Shown in pieces: positions 43,513 to 55,203 of a stretch of 64,000 nt of DNA. The notes beneath the pieces are model-generated. The model was not told the origin of the DNA. It worked only from the letters and a program-made list of their open reading frames with translations, and searched no databases. Position numbers and translations under genes: made by a program. The stretch comes from Deltaproteobacteria bacterium (GTDB taxonomy: Bacteria > Myxococcota > Kuafuiibacteriia > Kuafuiibacteriales > Kuafuiibacteriaceae). Numbering within the stretch: the first letter of the stretch is position 1; each line of letters begins with the position of its first letter. The DNA is taken from contig JAVJQW010000018.1 of NCBI GenBank assembly GCA_040218735.1, forward strand, positions 192,001 through 256,000, written 5' to 3'.

Positions 43513-43756
43513 CGGGCGTTGCGATCTACCAAGCCCACCAGAATCTGCAACCCAAAAGACGGCGCGATCGCGGCTGTATTTTTGTCTGGAATGTGATACG
43601 GCCTCGGCCTTTTTCCCGGCGCGGATCTCGTTCGCCCCGTCCGCACAACGTTTGGTGCGATCCGATCAGTATCCTGCGGTCTACGATCCACACCCGGAGG
43701 ACGGGCGTTTTCCCGATGGGGCAGGCGTCCGATCGCCGCAAGGCCCGAGTTGGACC

Positions 43757-44920
43757 TCAGAACAGGTGGTTCATGTGGGGCCCGCGCGGCACGAACAGCT
43801 GCTCCGCGCGGGTGATCGCGGCGTCGCTCCCCGACAGTCCTCCCATCGCGCGGAGCGTCGTCGCGGAGCGGTAACCACAGAACAACGTCGCGAACGTTCG
43901 CGCGTCCGTTCGCACCACGTGCTCGCCGCGGTAACGCGACACCGAAGCACGTCCGTCCTCCACGTGCAGCGTGTACACGCCGGCGTTGCCGCCCACGTGT
44001 TCGTCCTCCACTTCGAACGTCAGCGCACCGCGCACACCCTCCGGATAGCCGCGCGCCTCGAGCGCCTTCGCGACGTGCGTGAGGCGGAGCATCCACGTCA
44101 TGTCGAGCTTCACCTCGTAGTGGTGCTCCGGCCACAGACCGAGGAACGGATCACTCGGCGGCGCCGCCCAGGACAGCTGCTTCACGAAGCTGCGGTGCGT
44201 GAAGAAGAAGTCGAGCAGGCGTCGGTGCGCGTCGGGTGTCGTCGCGACGAGGTCCGTGAGCTCGAAGTCGTGCAGCACACCCGACGCGGTCTTCTTGAAG
44301 ACGGTGTAGCCGACGAGCGCGCCGTCCTCTTCCACGACGAAGCGCTCCGTCCGTTCGAAGCGCGGCGAGAAGATCCGCGACCACACGTAGGGCCCGCGCC
44401 TCAGGTTGCCGTCGTCGCGACGCACCCGCTCCTCGAGCGCCTTCATCGCCGGCACGTCCGCGTCCGTCGCTTCGCGCAAGCTCGCCTTCGATTCGAATCG
44501 CCGTAGACCGTCGGTCTTCGCGCGCACCGCGAACAGGTCGCCGGCGAGGCCGTAACCGACGCGCCGGTACAGGCCGACGGTCGCGGGGTACAGCGTCGAG
44601 ACCGGGACGCCCTCCTCGTGAAGCTCGCGGCACAGGCCGACCATCAGCTGCTTCGCGAGGCCTCGCCCGCGGTGCGCCGGCGCGACGCCCACCCCCGCGA
44701 CGCCGCAGTTGTCGAGCGCGCGCCCGCCGAACCAGATGCCCTGCGGGATGCGGAGCAGGCACGCCTCGACGTCGCTCCCGGTGGCGATGACGCGCAACGT
44801 CTCGCGCCCGGCGCGCTCCAGCCAGCCCTCCGCCATCTCGACGTCGACGTTGAACGTGTACGCCATGACCTCGAGGAGGCGTTCGATGTGGCGGTCTTCG
44901 AGGGGCTGGTAGGTCGACAC
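43757..44920 (-). CDS. Eis-like GNAT acetyltransferase with C-terminal SCP2-like domain
   Basis: GVGVAPAHRGRGLAKQLM, STLYPAT..LYRRVGY, WMLRL..V.KALEARGY, terminal F. Confidence 0.87.
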   Translation of the reverse strand: MSTYQPLEDRHIERLLEVMAYTFNVDVEMAEGWLERAGRETLRVIATGSDVEACLLRIPQGIWFGGRALDNCGVAGVGVAPAHRGRGLAKQLMVGLCRELHEEGVPVSTLYPATVGLYRRVGYGLAGDLFAVRAKTDGLRRFESKASLREATDADVPAMKALEERVRRDDGNLRRGPYVWSRIFSPRFERTERFVVEEDGALVGYTVFKKTASGVLHDFELTDLVATTPDAHRRLLDFFFTHRSFVKQLSWAAPPSDPFLGLWPEHHYEVKLDMTWMLRLTHVAKALEARGYPEGVRGALTFEVEDEHVGGNAGVYTLHVEDGRASVSRYRGEHVVRTDARTFATLFCGYRSATTLRAMGGLSGSDAAITRAEQLFVPRGPHMNHLF

Positions 44921-44999
44921 GGCGGCGCAGTAGGCAACGGGCCCACCGCGTTGGCAATGCCGTGTTCTGACTTCGCGGTCGCGAGACCACACAAACCTC

Positions 45000-45043
45000 G
45001 ATCTTTTTTGCGCGCGGTCGGCGCGGCGCGAAAGGGGAGTCGT
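45000..45043 (+). promoter_or_regulatory. Candidate ECF promoter, copy 1 (GATC-T6-GCGC-N16-GAAA-N7-CGT)
   Basis: Same blocks and spacing as the motif at 49644-49688; lies upstream of the ECF sigma gene. Confidence 0.5.
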
Positions 45044-45071
45044 GGTGAAAGGAACGAACGCCGGCTGAGCG

Positions 45072-45731
45072 ATGGTTGCTCTGGCCCATCGGTTGCTCGA
45101 CCGCCCGCCTCGACCTACCGTCGATGCCCCGGTGAACGATACGGGGGACGCGGCCACGATGCAGGCCAACGAGGGCCTCGCCGAAGGGCGCCCGGAGGCG
45201 TTCGAGCGGGTGTATCGCGCCGAGCTGCGCGCCGTGATGCTCACGCTCGTGGCCGGGTTCCACTACCGCTCCGCGGGGGCGTCGAAGTACCTGCGCGTCG
45301 ACAGCGCGAGTGACGCCGAGGAGATCTGCCAAGAGGCGTTCGCGCAGTTCTTCGCGCAGTGTCGCCGCGGCCGCTTCGACCCGTCGCGGCCGGTGCGTCC
45401 CTACCTACGGCGCATCACGATGAACATCGCGCTGAGGAAGATGGGGCGCCTGTCGCGCGAGGTGCCGACCGAGCTCGTCGACATCGGACCGGCGCCCGAG
45501 CAGGACACCGTCGAGCAACGCGAGCGGGCCGCGCTCCTCAGCGAGTTCAAGGGCCGGCTCGACGACGAAGAACGTGAAGTCATGTCGCTGTACTTCGAGG
45601 CCTCCGGGGCGACGCAGGCCGAGGTCGGCAAGAAGATCGGACGCTCGCGTGACCACGTGTACCGGGTCGCGATGCGGATCCGACAGCAGGCGAAGGAGTT
45701 CTTCGCCGCAAAGGGGTGGTTCGATGAATGA
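45072..45731 (+). CDS. ECF sigma-70 factor
   Basis: GRPEAFERVY, DAEEICQEAF, YLRRITMNIA (region 2); LDDEEREV..TQAEVGKKIGRSR (region 4); start uncertain. Confidence 0.87.
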   Translation: MVALAHRLLDRPPRPTVDAPVNDTGDAATMQANEGLAEGRPEAFERVYRAELRAVMLTLVAGFHYRSAGASKYLRVDSASDAEEICQEAFAQFFAQCRRGRFDPSRPVRPYLRRITMNIALRKMGRLSREVPTELVDIGPAPEQDTVEQRERAALLSEFKGRLDDEEREVMSLYFEASGATQAEVGKKIGRSRDHVYRVAMRIRQQAKEFFAAKGWFDE

Positions 45732-46503
45732 CCACGAAGCGCGCGCGCTCATCGATCGGCAGTTCGAGCAGGGCGTCCTCCCGCCGGACGACGCGCTACG
45801 GCTGCGCGAGCACCTCGCTTCCTCGCCGGACGCGCGCGCCTACTACGACGCGCACGTTCGTCTGGAGCGAACGCTGGAGGGCGACGACGTCCCGGACGCG
45901 CAGCTCGCCCGCCTGGAGGCGCTCGGGCCTCCGGCGCCCGCCGACGCCCTCGACGACTCGGCGCCGAAGCGGCGGGCGCCCTACGCGCTCGGGGGGATCG
46001 GCGCGGTGCTCGCGGTCGCGGCGAGCGTCGCCATCGTGGCGCTCATCGACGACGGCGAGGTGCGCACGCGGGGCGGTCCGGCGTCGGGCGCCAAGGCGTG
46101 GATCAACGTCTTCGCCGCGTCGGGCGACGCGGTTCGCCCGCTCACCGACGGCGCGACGGTCGCGAAGGACAGCGGCCTGTTGTTCTCCTACTCCGCGCTA
46201 CGCGACGCGCCGTTTCGCTACTTCGCGATCGCGGCGCGTGACGAGTCGGGGCGGGTGTACTGGTTCCATCCTGCGTTCGTGGAGGACGTGAGCCCCAAGA
46301 GCCTCGCGCTCGACGTCGGTGTCGCCGACCGCGAGCTGACCGAGCGGGTGTTCGTCGACTGGTCGCCGGGTCGCGCCCGGATCTGTGCCATCTTCACGCG
46401 GGAGGCGCTCATGATCGCAGAGGTGGACGCGAGGCTCGAACGGGACGGCCGTTGGCCGGACGGCGCGCAGCTCGACTGCCACGACGTGAAGGTGACACCT
46501 TGA
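45724..46503 (+). CDS. Putative single-pass anti-sigma factor with extracytoplasmic domain
   Basis: LREHLASSPDARAYYD (zf-HC2-like without Cys), TM VLAVAASVAIVAL, then VRTRGG; overlaps the sigma stop. Confidence 0.7.
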   Translation: MNDHEARALIDRQFEQGVLPPDDALRLREHLASSPDARAYYDAHVRLERTLEGDDVPDAQLARLEALGPPAPADALDDSAPKRRAPYALGGIGAVLAVAASVAIVALIDDGEVRTRGGPASGAKAWINVFAASGDAVRPLTDGATVAKDSGLLFSYSALRDAPFRYFAIAARDESGRVYWFHPAFVEDVSPKSLALDVGVADRELTERVFVDWSPGRARICAIFTREALMIAEVDARLERDGRWPDGAQLDCHDVKVTP

Positions 46504-47917
46504 CGCCCGGGGCGCTCGCCGTCGTCGCGCTGCTTGCCGCCGCGCCGAAGTACGTCGTCGTCATCGGCCACAACGCGAGTGATCGTCCCCAGCGCGGCGC
46601 GCTGCGGTACGCCGACGACGACGCCGCGCGGTTCTACGAGCTCCTCTCGATGGGCAGCACCGAGAGCTACTTGTTCACGAGCTTCGACACCGAATCGCAG
46701 GAGCTCTTCGACGGCCTCCGCCCCGTCGCGCGTGTCCCGCGCAAGGACGACGTGATGGCCGCCTTCGCGAACATCCGCGCGGGCATCGAAGCGAACCGCG
46801 ACGCGGAGGTGTACTTCTTCTACGCGGGGCACGGCGACATCGAAGACGGCGTCGGCTACCTCACGCTCGCGGACGGTCGCCTCACCCGCGACGACTTCAG
46901 CGACGCGCTCCTGAAGGCCGGCGCGGCGCGCACGCACGTGATCGTCGACGCGTGTAAATCGTACTTCTTCGTCGCGGGGCGCGGGCGCGGGGGGCGCCGC
47001 GTCCCGCAGACCACGCCGTTCGCGGGACCGGAGCGGCTCCCGGGCGTGGGGTACGTGCTTTCGACGAGCAGCGACGCCGACTCCCACGAGTGGTCGGCGT
47101 TCAACGGCGGCATCTTCTCGCACGAGGTGCGGAGTGGTCTGGTCGGCGGCGCGGACGCCAACCACGACGGTACCGTCGACTACCAAGAGCTCGGCGCCTT
47201 CGTCGCGCTCGCGAACGCCTCGGTGCCGTCGCCTGCGTTCCGCCCGGACGTCTACGTGCGCGCGCCGCCCGACGAGGACGACGCGACGATCTTCTCGCCC
47301 GCGGACCTGACGTCGACGCTGACCGTGGAGCTCGCGATGACCGACACCGGGCGCGTGATGGTGCACGACCAACGCGGCCTGCGATACGCCGACGCGAACA
47401 AGGCGGGGGAGGCGCCGCTGCGGATCACGTTGCTGCAGCCGTGGCGCTACGAGGTTCGGGTGGGCGGGCGTCACTACGACGTCGACCCCGGCCAAGGGGA
47501 GGTGCGGCTCGCCGAGCTGACACCGAGCACCGAGATGCTCGCGGCGCGGGGCGAAGCGCACCGAGCGTTCGAGCACCTCTTCGCGACCGCGTTCTCCGAG
47601 GACGTCGTGCTCGGCTACGGGCTGCGTCCGCCGGATCCGGGGGAGGTTCGGATCATCGAGAAGGAGAAGATCGTCGAGCGCATCACGGCGACGCCCCCGC
47701 CTCCGTCGAACCCGTGGCCGGCGGCGCTCACGGGGGGCGGCGCGGCGCTGCTCGCGTCCGGGGTGATCGTCGCGGGGCTCGCGGTCTCGGCGCGCTCCGA
47801 GCTCGCGGAGGCGTCGCAGCAGGACCTCGCTTCGATCGACGCGCGCGCCGACGCGCTGGAGGTCGGCGCGGGGGTGCTGTTCGGCGTGGGTGCGAGCGCG
47901 GCGATTACGGGGGTGGT

Positions 47918-47936
<19 letters not shown>
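46500..47936 (+). CDS. Caspase-family (peptidase C14) protein, probably exported and membrane anchored
   Basis: VVIGHN, LRYADDDA, FFYAGHG (His), IVDACKS (Cys), FSHEVRSGLVGGADANHDGTV; hydrophobic N-terminus; two C-terminal hydrophobic helices. Confidence 0.88.
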
Positions 47937-49636
<1,700 letters not shown>

Positions 49637-49643
49637 CTCCGTA

Positions 49644-49688
49644 GATCTTTTTTTGCGCACGCGGACCCCGCCCGGAAATGGGGTGCGT
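49644..49688 (+). promoter_or_regulatory. Candidate ECF promoter, copy 2 (GATC-T7-GCGC-N16-GAAA-N7-CGT)
   Basis: Matches 45000-45043; ends 4 nt before ATG 49693. Confidence 0.5.
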
Positions 49689-49692
49689 TCGC

Positions 49693-50313
49693 ATGGCGAC
49701 CCCCAAACATCTTCGACGTCTCATCGTCCTCGCCGCCGCCGCGCTCGGCGTCGCCGCGGGGACCTACCGGCCGAGTGAAGCGCCCGCCGAGGTGGCTCAG
49801 GTGGTCGAGCACGAACACGAGGCTCTCGTCCCGTCGCAGCCGGTTCGTCGCGCGGCGAAGGTCGAAGCCGTGACCGCGGCGCGCACGCATGTTCCGTGTC
49901 GTGCGGCGGACGAGTGGCAGGGCATGAAGCTCGACGACGCCGTCGCGTTGCAGTGCGGCTCGACGGAGCACTGCGGCCTCGCGCGCGCCTGCATCGACGG
50001 CCTGTGCGTCGGCTGCAGCGCGGACGCCGAGTGTCTGTCGAGCGAGGCCTGCGTCCTCGAACACTGCGTCCCGCAGGCAAACGTCGAGTGCACGAGCCGC
50101 CGCGAGTGCGGCGTCGACGAGCTGTGCATGCTCACCGGGTACTCGACCGGCCCCCGGAACAACGACGCGATGCGCGCGACCTGTCGCGCGACGTCCGGCG
50201 GCGTCGAAGACGAGGCCGCAGACGAAGCGCCGCGCGCGGCCGCGTACCACCCCGCTCCCATCGAAACCGCCTCGATCGTCGAGGCCCTTGAACCCAACGA
50301 GGAGAACCCATGA
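49693..50313 (+). CDS. Exported cysteine-rich repeat protein
   Basis: N-terminal hydrophobic segment; repeats of C-x4-C-x5-C-x4-C. Confidence 0.7.
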   Translation: MATPKHLRRLIVLAAAALGVAAGTYRPSEAPAEVAQVVEHEHEALVPSQPVRRAAKVEAVTAARTHVPCRAADEWQGMKLDDAVALQCGSTEHCGLARACIDGLCVGCSADAECLSSEACVLEHCVPQANVECTSRRECGVDELCMLTGYSTGPRNNDAMRATCRATSGGVEDEAADEAPRAAAYHPAPIETASIVEALEPNEENP

Positions 50314-50855
50314 GAACACTGGTCATCCAGGCGGGGCTCGCATTCAGCGTCGCCTTCGCCGTGCCTTCACTGTTCGGCGACACGACGTCGTCATCCCCCG
50401 TCACCGGGACTGTCGAGCCGAAGTCCCTCGACTGCGCCGGAGGCATTGCAGAAGAGATCGGCATCGACGTCGAGGTCCTGCGGGCCAACGGTTCGACGCT
50501 CGACGTCGCCATCGCGCTCCGCCCGAACGATCCGGGTGAGGAAGCGATGCGCGTCGCGTACGGCTACTGGTACGCGGACGATCGCGGTGAGCTCATCGGC
50601 GAGCCGTCCCGGATCTTCCGCGATTCGCTCGAAAAGAACGGCCTCGTGCACCCGCTCACGACGCCGAAGCTGGAGGACGGCTTCTATCTGTTGCAGGTCG
50701 TCGTCGCAGCGGAGGGCGAAGAACAGGTGGTCGAGCGACGCCGCCTCTACCTCGAGGTCGCGAAGGGCGAGGCGTCCGTACTGCACGTCGACGACTGGCA
50801 CGACCGCTCCGACGCGATGCTCGCGCACCACACGCCCGCGAAGGGGGACCTGTAA
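50310..50855 (+). CDS. Exported hypothetical protein (beta-rich)
   Basis: Signal-like N-terminus; GGAG RBS; ATGA overlap upstream and TAATG overlap downstream. Confidence 0.7.
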   Translation: MRTLVIQAGLAFSVAFAVPSLFGDTTSSSPVTGTVEPKSLDCAGGIAEEIGIDVEVLRANGSTLDVAIALRPNDPGEEAMRVAYGYWYADDRGELIGEPSRIFRDSLEKNGLVHPLTTPKLEDGFYLLQVVVAAEGEEQVVERRRLYLEVAKGEASVLHVDDWHDRSDAMLAHHTPAKGDL

Positions 50856-52108
50856 TGAAACGCATGATCTTCACGATGACCACACTCGTCGCGAGCCTCT
50901 CCACGGCGGCCGCGTTCGGCGCGACGACCGGGACCGTGTCCGGGAAGCTCCAGTTCTACCAAAACCAAGGCAACTACTGCCCGACGTCGCGCGACTGCAC
51001 GAACGCGCGTTACAAACAGGCCGACTTCGGGACCTTCCAGCCTATTGCAAACGCGTTGGTCTACCTCTTCGATGTGTCCAACGTGGCGATCGGCGCCGGG
51101 ACGACCGACGCGGATGGAGACTTCACGATCAGCTGGTACTCCGTGTCCAACGCGAACCAGGCCTCGGTGCGTTTCTTCTACGAACAGGACGGGCAGCGCT
51201 TCGCGATCCGGAGCAGCGACGGGTCGGTTCGTCAGGCGTACACGCCGGACTTCTCGATCACGAACGGCACGGCGCCGAACAACCCCCAGGCCGTGGGGAC
51301 GTTCTCGTGGGGCTCGTCGGCAAGCCCGAACGAGTACATGAACGTGTACGACGGCGCGGAGAAGATGTGGCGCAAGGCGCTGAAGAACTCCAACGCCATG
51401 CTGTCGTACTTCAACAGCCTCGACGTCTGGGTGAACAGCAACGACTGCAGTACGAGCTGCGCGGACGGCTCGGCCATGGTCGTCAAGCTCGACCCCAACG
51501 CCGAGTTCAAGCCGCAAGCGCGCATCCTGCACGAGATGGGGCACATCGCTTCGTACCTCGCGAGCAACGACCAGAACTATCGCTTCAGTGGAACGTACAA
51601 CTTCCCCGTCCCCAACCAGCAGGCGGGCAACTGGAGCCTGAACACCGCGGAGTGGGGGAGCGTGCAGTTCGAGGAGGGGGTCGCGACGTTCTTCGGGGAC
51701 GCGGCCTTCTACGGCCCGGGGAATCCGACGCCGTTCACCTGCAACAGCACTGGGGTGTGCAACAGCTTCGACACCGAGCTGTCGACGGGGGCAAACAACT
51801 GCGTGGTGAACGAGGATCGTCAGGTCATCTCCGTCGTGCGCTTTCTCAGAGACGCCTTCGACTCCACGAGCGACTGGGCCGGCGACGACGTCCAGCGGCC
51901 GCTGTACGACTTCATCGACACGATCACCGTCGCGGACAACGGTCGCGACGAGGGCGAAAAGAACGAGCCGTGGAGCGTCAGCAACGCAAACGTCCTCGAC
52001 GACGACGACGGGCGCTCCGCGGTCGACTTCCGGCGCCACTTCAAGACACGCACCGGCGTGAGCATCTGGAAGATGTGGAACCGCAACTGCCAGACGGTCG
52101 GTGACTGA
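50855..52108 (+). CDS. Secreted zinc metallopeptidase (HExxH, gluzincin-like)
   Basis: Signal peptide; TTDADGDF (transthyretin-like N-domain); ILHEMGH; downstream FEEGVA third-ligand motif. Confidence 0.75.
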   Translation: MKRMIFTMTTLVASLSTAAAFGATTGTVSGKLQFYQNQGNYCPTSRDCTNARYKQADFGTFQPIANALVYLFDVSNVAIGAGTTDADGDFTISWYSVSNANQASVRFFYEQDGQRFAIRSSDGSVRQAYTPDFSITNGTAPNNPQAVGTFSWGSSASPNEYMNVYDGAEKMWRKALKNSNAMLSYFNSLDVWVNSNDCSTSCADGSAMVVKLDPNAEFKPQARILHEMGHIASYLASNDQNYRFSGTYNFPVPNQQAGNWSLNTAEWGSVQFEEGVATFFGDAAFYGPGNPTPFTCNSTGVCNSFDTELSTGANNCVVNEDRQVISVVRFLRDAFDSTSDWAGDDVQRPLYDFIDTITVADNGRDEGEKNEPWSVSNANVLDDDDGRSAVDFRRHFKTRTGVSIWKMWNRNCQTVGD

Positions 52109-52159
52109 ACCCGCCAGGGACTTGGCCCCATCGGCGCGTCGCAGTAGCCTAGCGCGCCG

Positions 52160-52444
52160 ATGGCGAAGGCTACGTTCAACCAGGTCGTGGTCGCCGAGAG
52201 CGACGCTTGTGAGATGGTCGAGGGCAACCCGTACTTCCCGATCGATTCGGTGAAGCGGGAGCTCCTCGAGCCAGTCGACAAGACGACGTTCTGTCCCTGG
52301 AAGGGGACCGCGAACTACTACGACGTGGTCGTGAACGGTGAACGCGCCGCCGCGGGCGCCTGGTACTACGCGGACCCGAAGCCCGCCGCCGCCAACATCA
52401 AGGGCTACGTGGCGTTCTGGAACGGCGTCGTCGTCGAACCGTAG
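52160..52444 (+). CDS. DUF427 family protein
   Basis: VEGNPYFP, CPWKGTANYY, AWYY.DPK, IKGYVAFW. Confidence 0.9.
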   Translation: MAKATFNQVVVAESDACEMVEGNPYFPIDSVKRELLEPVDKTTFCPWKGTANYYDVVVNGERAAAGAWYYADPKPAAANIKGYVAFWNGVVVEP

Positions 52445-52478
52445 CCGCGCGCCGGTGCGCCGTGTTAGGCGCACCGCC

Positions 52479-53642
52479 GTGGGTCGCCGCCTCCTCGCCG
52501 TCGCCGTGCTCCTCAGCACGGGCTGTGTCGCGCACTACGAAGACGCGCTCGGTTACCGCGCGCGGCAGGCTACGTTGCGGCGCGACGTCCCGGCGTTCTC
52601 CGAGCTGATGGCGGAGGCCGCCGACACCCTCCCGAGCCACCCCTACGACAACCCGAAGAAGACGGTGCTCACGCACTTCCTCGACCTCGCGGGCGAGCCG
52701 GGGTTCTTCGAGATGATCGACGCGTGGCGAAAGCGTGAGTGGGTCTCCGAGTACATGACCTGCGCGATCCACCGCGCGCGTTACCGCGGGATGCGCGACA
52801 AGGACTTCGAGGAAGCCACGCGCGCGGCGAACGTCTGCATCGATCAGGCGCGCTCGGCGGCGTACGCGGGCGACCGGTCCTGGGAGCTCGAGGTGTGTCT
52901 GGAGGAGGCGCCGTTCCTCACCGAGACGAGCACCGCCACGCTGCGCCCGTACCTGCTCCTCGCGGCCGACGCGACGGAGCCGCGCACCTTCCGCAAGGGC
53001 GTCGTGTCCGGGATGACGCACCTGTACGTCATGGACGCGTACACCCGGCGCGCGAACGACCCGTCGCTCGACGCCGCGGGTGCGCTCGCGCAGACGGAGC
53101 GCGCAGTGGGGGAGGTCGGCGCGCGGCTCCGGTCGATCCTCGACGTGCTCCGGATCGCGATGGACACCACGCTCCTCGCGGCGGGGTCGGCGTTCGGGGC
53201 CTCGGAGTTGGAGCGTGTGAGCCTGTCGCTCGGGGAGAGCTTCATCGGCACCTTCGCCGACAGCGACCTCGCCGAGGCGCAGGATCTCGCGTGGGCGTGG
53301 GTGCGCTCGATGAAGGTGCGCGAGCGGGACCGCCGGTTGTCGCGGTTGTCGCTGTGGGATCGGCGGCGCGAGCCGAAGTCCGACGCCTACTGGTACCTGT
53401 GCAGCAAACAGCGCGTGGACGAGGTCTTCTCCGTCGCGGACGTGCGCGCGATCAGCGTCCGCGCGACGCAGCGGGTCGAAGATCCGCAGGCCTTCGCGCC
53501 CCTGTGTGTGGGGTACCCGAGCCTGGCGGGACCCTACCCCCTGGAGGCGACCGCGCGGGGGACGTTGACGGCTTCCGTGGCGCGGACTTCGAGCGTGGCG
53601 CGCGTGCGGTTGTCGATCGCGGCACGCAAGACACTGAAGTGA
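52479..53642 (+). CDS. Hypothetical lipoprotein
   Basis: VGRRLLAVAVLLSTGC lipobox; no recognised domain. Confidence 0.65.
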   Translation: MGRRLLAVAVLLSTGCVAHYEDALGYRARQATLRRDVPAFSELMAEAADTLPSHPYDNPKKTVLTHFLDLAGEPGFFEMIDAWRKREWVSEYMTCAIHRARYRGMRDKDFEEATRAANVCIDQARSAAYAGDRSWELEVCLEEAPFLTETSTATLRPYLLLAADATEPRTFRKGVVSGMTHLYVMDAYTRRANDPSLDAAGALAQTERAVGEVGARLRSILDVLRIAMDTTLLAAGSAFGASELERVSLSLGESFIGTFADSDLAEAQDLAWAWVRSMKVRERDRRLSRLSLWDRRREPKSDAYWYLCSKQRVDEVFSVADVRAISVRATQRVEDPQAFAPLCVGYPSLAGPYPLEATARGTLTASVARTSSVARVRLSIAARKTLK

Positions 53643-53664
53643 AAATCCGCTAGACCGCTCGGCG

Positions 53665-55203
53665 ATGACCACCACCGAGTCGGACCTGAGGCAGCACGTC
53701 GAGACCGTCGAGAAGGGCGGCGCCGAGAAGTACCACGAGAAGAACACGGCCGTCGGGAAGCTGTTCTGCCGCGAGCGCATCAAGCGGCTCCTGGATCCGG
53801 ATCAGCCGGACTGGGTCGAGGACGGGCTGCTCGTGAACGTGCTCGCGGGCGGGCTGCCCGCGGACGGTGTCGTGACCGGCGTGGGTCGGGTGCACGGTCG
53901 ACCGGTCGCGATCATGGCGAACGACTCGACGGTGAAGGCCGGCTCGTGGGGCAAGCGCACGGTGGAGAAGATCGTGCGCATCCAGGAGCAGGCGCTGCGC
54001 CACAAGATGCCGTTGATCTACCTCGTCGACTCGGCGGGGGCGCGCATCACGGATCAGGTCGAGATGTTCCCGGGGCGGCGCCACGCGGGGCGCATCTTCC
54101 ACAACCAGTGCAGGCTGTCGGGTTACGTGCCGCAGCTGTGCTTGCTGTTCGGTCCGTCGGCGGCGGGCGGCGCGTACATCCCGGCGTTCTGCGACCAGGT
54201 CTTCATGGTGAAGGGCAACGCGTCGATGTACCTCGGCTCGCCGCGCATGGCGAAGATGGTCATCAACGAGGACGTGACACTCGAGGAGATGGGCGGCGCG
54301 AAGATGCACTGCTCGACGTCCGGCTGCGGAGACCTGCTCGCGAAGGACGAGGACGAGGCGCTCACCGCGGCGCGCGATTATCTGTCGTACATGCCGTCGT
54401 ACTGGGAGGACCACCCGGTGGACCAACCGGCGCGCGCGCCGAAGACGGACCCGTCCGAGATCGCCGGGTTGATTCCGGAGTCCGAGAACAAGCCGTTCGA
54501 CATGTTCACGGTGATCGACGGGATCGTGGACGAGGGTTCCTTCTTCGAGCTCAAGAAGCGCTTCGCGAAGGAGCTGATCACGGGCTTCGCGCGCCTCGAC
54601 GGGCGGGTGATCGGCGTGGTCGCGAATCAGCCGAAGTACAAGGGCGGCGTGTTGTTCGTGGACAGCGCGGACAAGGCGGCGCGCTTCGTGTGGCTGTGCG
54701 ATGCGTTCAACATCCCGCTGCTGTTCCTCGCGGACGTGCCGGGGTTCATGATCGGATCGGCGGTCGAGAAGCAGGGCATCATTCGGCACGGCGCCAAGAT
54801 GATCAACGCGATCTCCGAGGCGACGGTCCCGAAGTTCTGCGTCGTCGTGCGCAAGGCCTACGGGGCGGGGCTGTACGCGATGTGCGGACCGGGCTTCGAG
54901 CCGGACGCGACGCTGGCGTTCCCGTCCGCGAGCATCGCGGTGATGGGGCCGCAGGCGGCGGTCAACGCGGTGTACGCGAACAAGATCGCGGAGCAGCCGG
55001 AGGACGAGCGCGAGGCGTTCGTCGAGCGGCTGCGCGCGGAGTACCGCGAGGACATCGACATCGTGAAGCTCGCGTCCGAGAACGTCATCGAGGGGATCGT
55101 GGAGCCGGCGCAGCTACGCGGTGAGCTGACCCGTCGCCTCGCGTACGCGGACAACAAGGAGCGCGACGTGATCGTGAAGCGCCGCAGCGTGGTCCCGGTG
55201 TGA
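53665..55203 (+). CDS. Acyl-CoA carboxylase carboxyltransferase (beta) subunit, MccB/YngE-like
   Basis: GKL..RERI, ADGVVTG, DSAGARI, SAAGGAY, EMGGA..H, DVPGFMIG, RKAYGAG. Confidence 0.92.
   Translation: MTTTESDLRQHVETVEKGGAEKYHEKNTAVGKLFCRERIKRLLDPDQPDWVEDGLLVNVLAGGLPADGVVTGVGRVHGRPVAIMANDSTVKAGSWGKRTVEKIVRIQEQALRHKMPLIYLVDSAGARITDQVEMFPGRRHAGRIFHNQCRLSGYVPQLCLLFGPSAAGGAYIPAFCDQVFMVKGNASMYLGSPRMAKMVINEDVTLEEMGGAKMHCSTSGCGDLLAKDEDEALTAARDYLSYMPSYWEDHPVDQPARAPKTDPSEIAGLIPESENKPFDMFTVIDGIVDEGSFFELKKRFAKELITGFARLDGRVIGVVANQPKYKGGVLFVDSADKAARFVWLCDAFNIPLLFLADVPGFMIGSAVEKQGIIRHGAKMINAISEATVPKFCVVVRKAYGAGLYAMCGPGFEPDATLAFPSASIAVMGPQAAVNAVYANKIAEQPEDEREAFVERLRAEYREDIDIVKLASENVIEGIVEPAQLRGELTRRLAYADNKERDVIVKRRSVVPV

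Noticed and set aside
47090-47917. N-terminal extension of the FG-GAP protein
   Set aside because: Off-frame overlap with the caspase gene; the lipoprotein signal begins near 47918.
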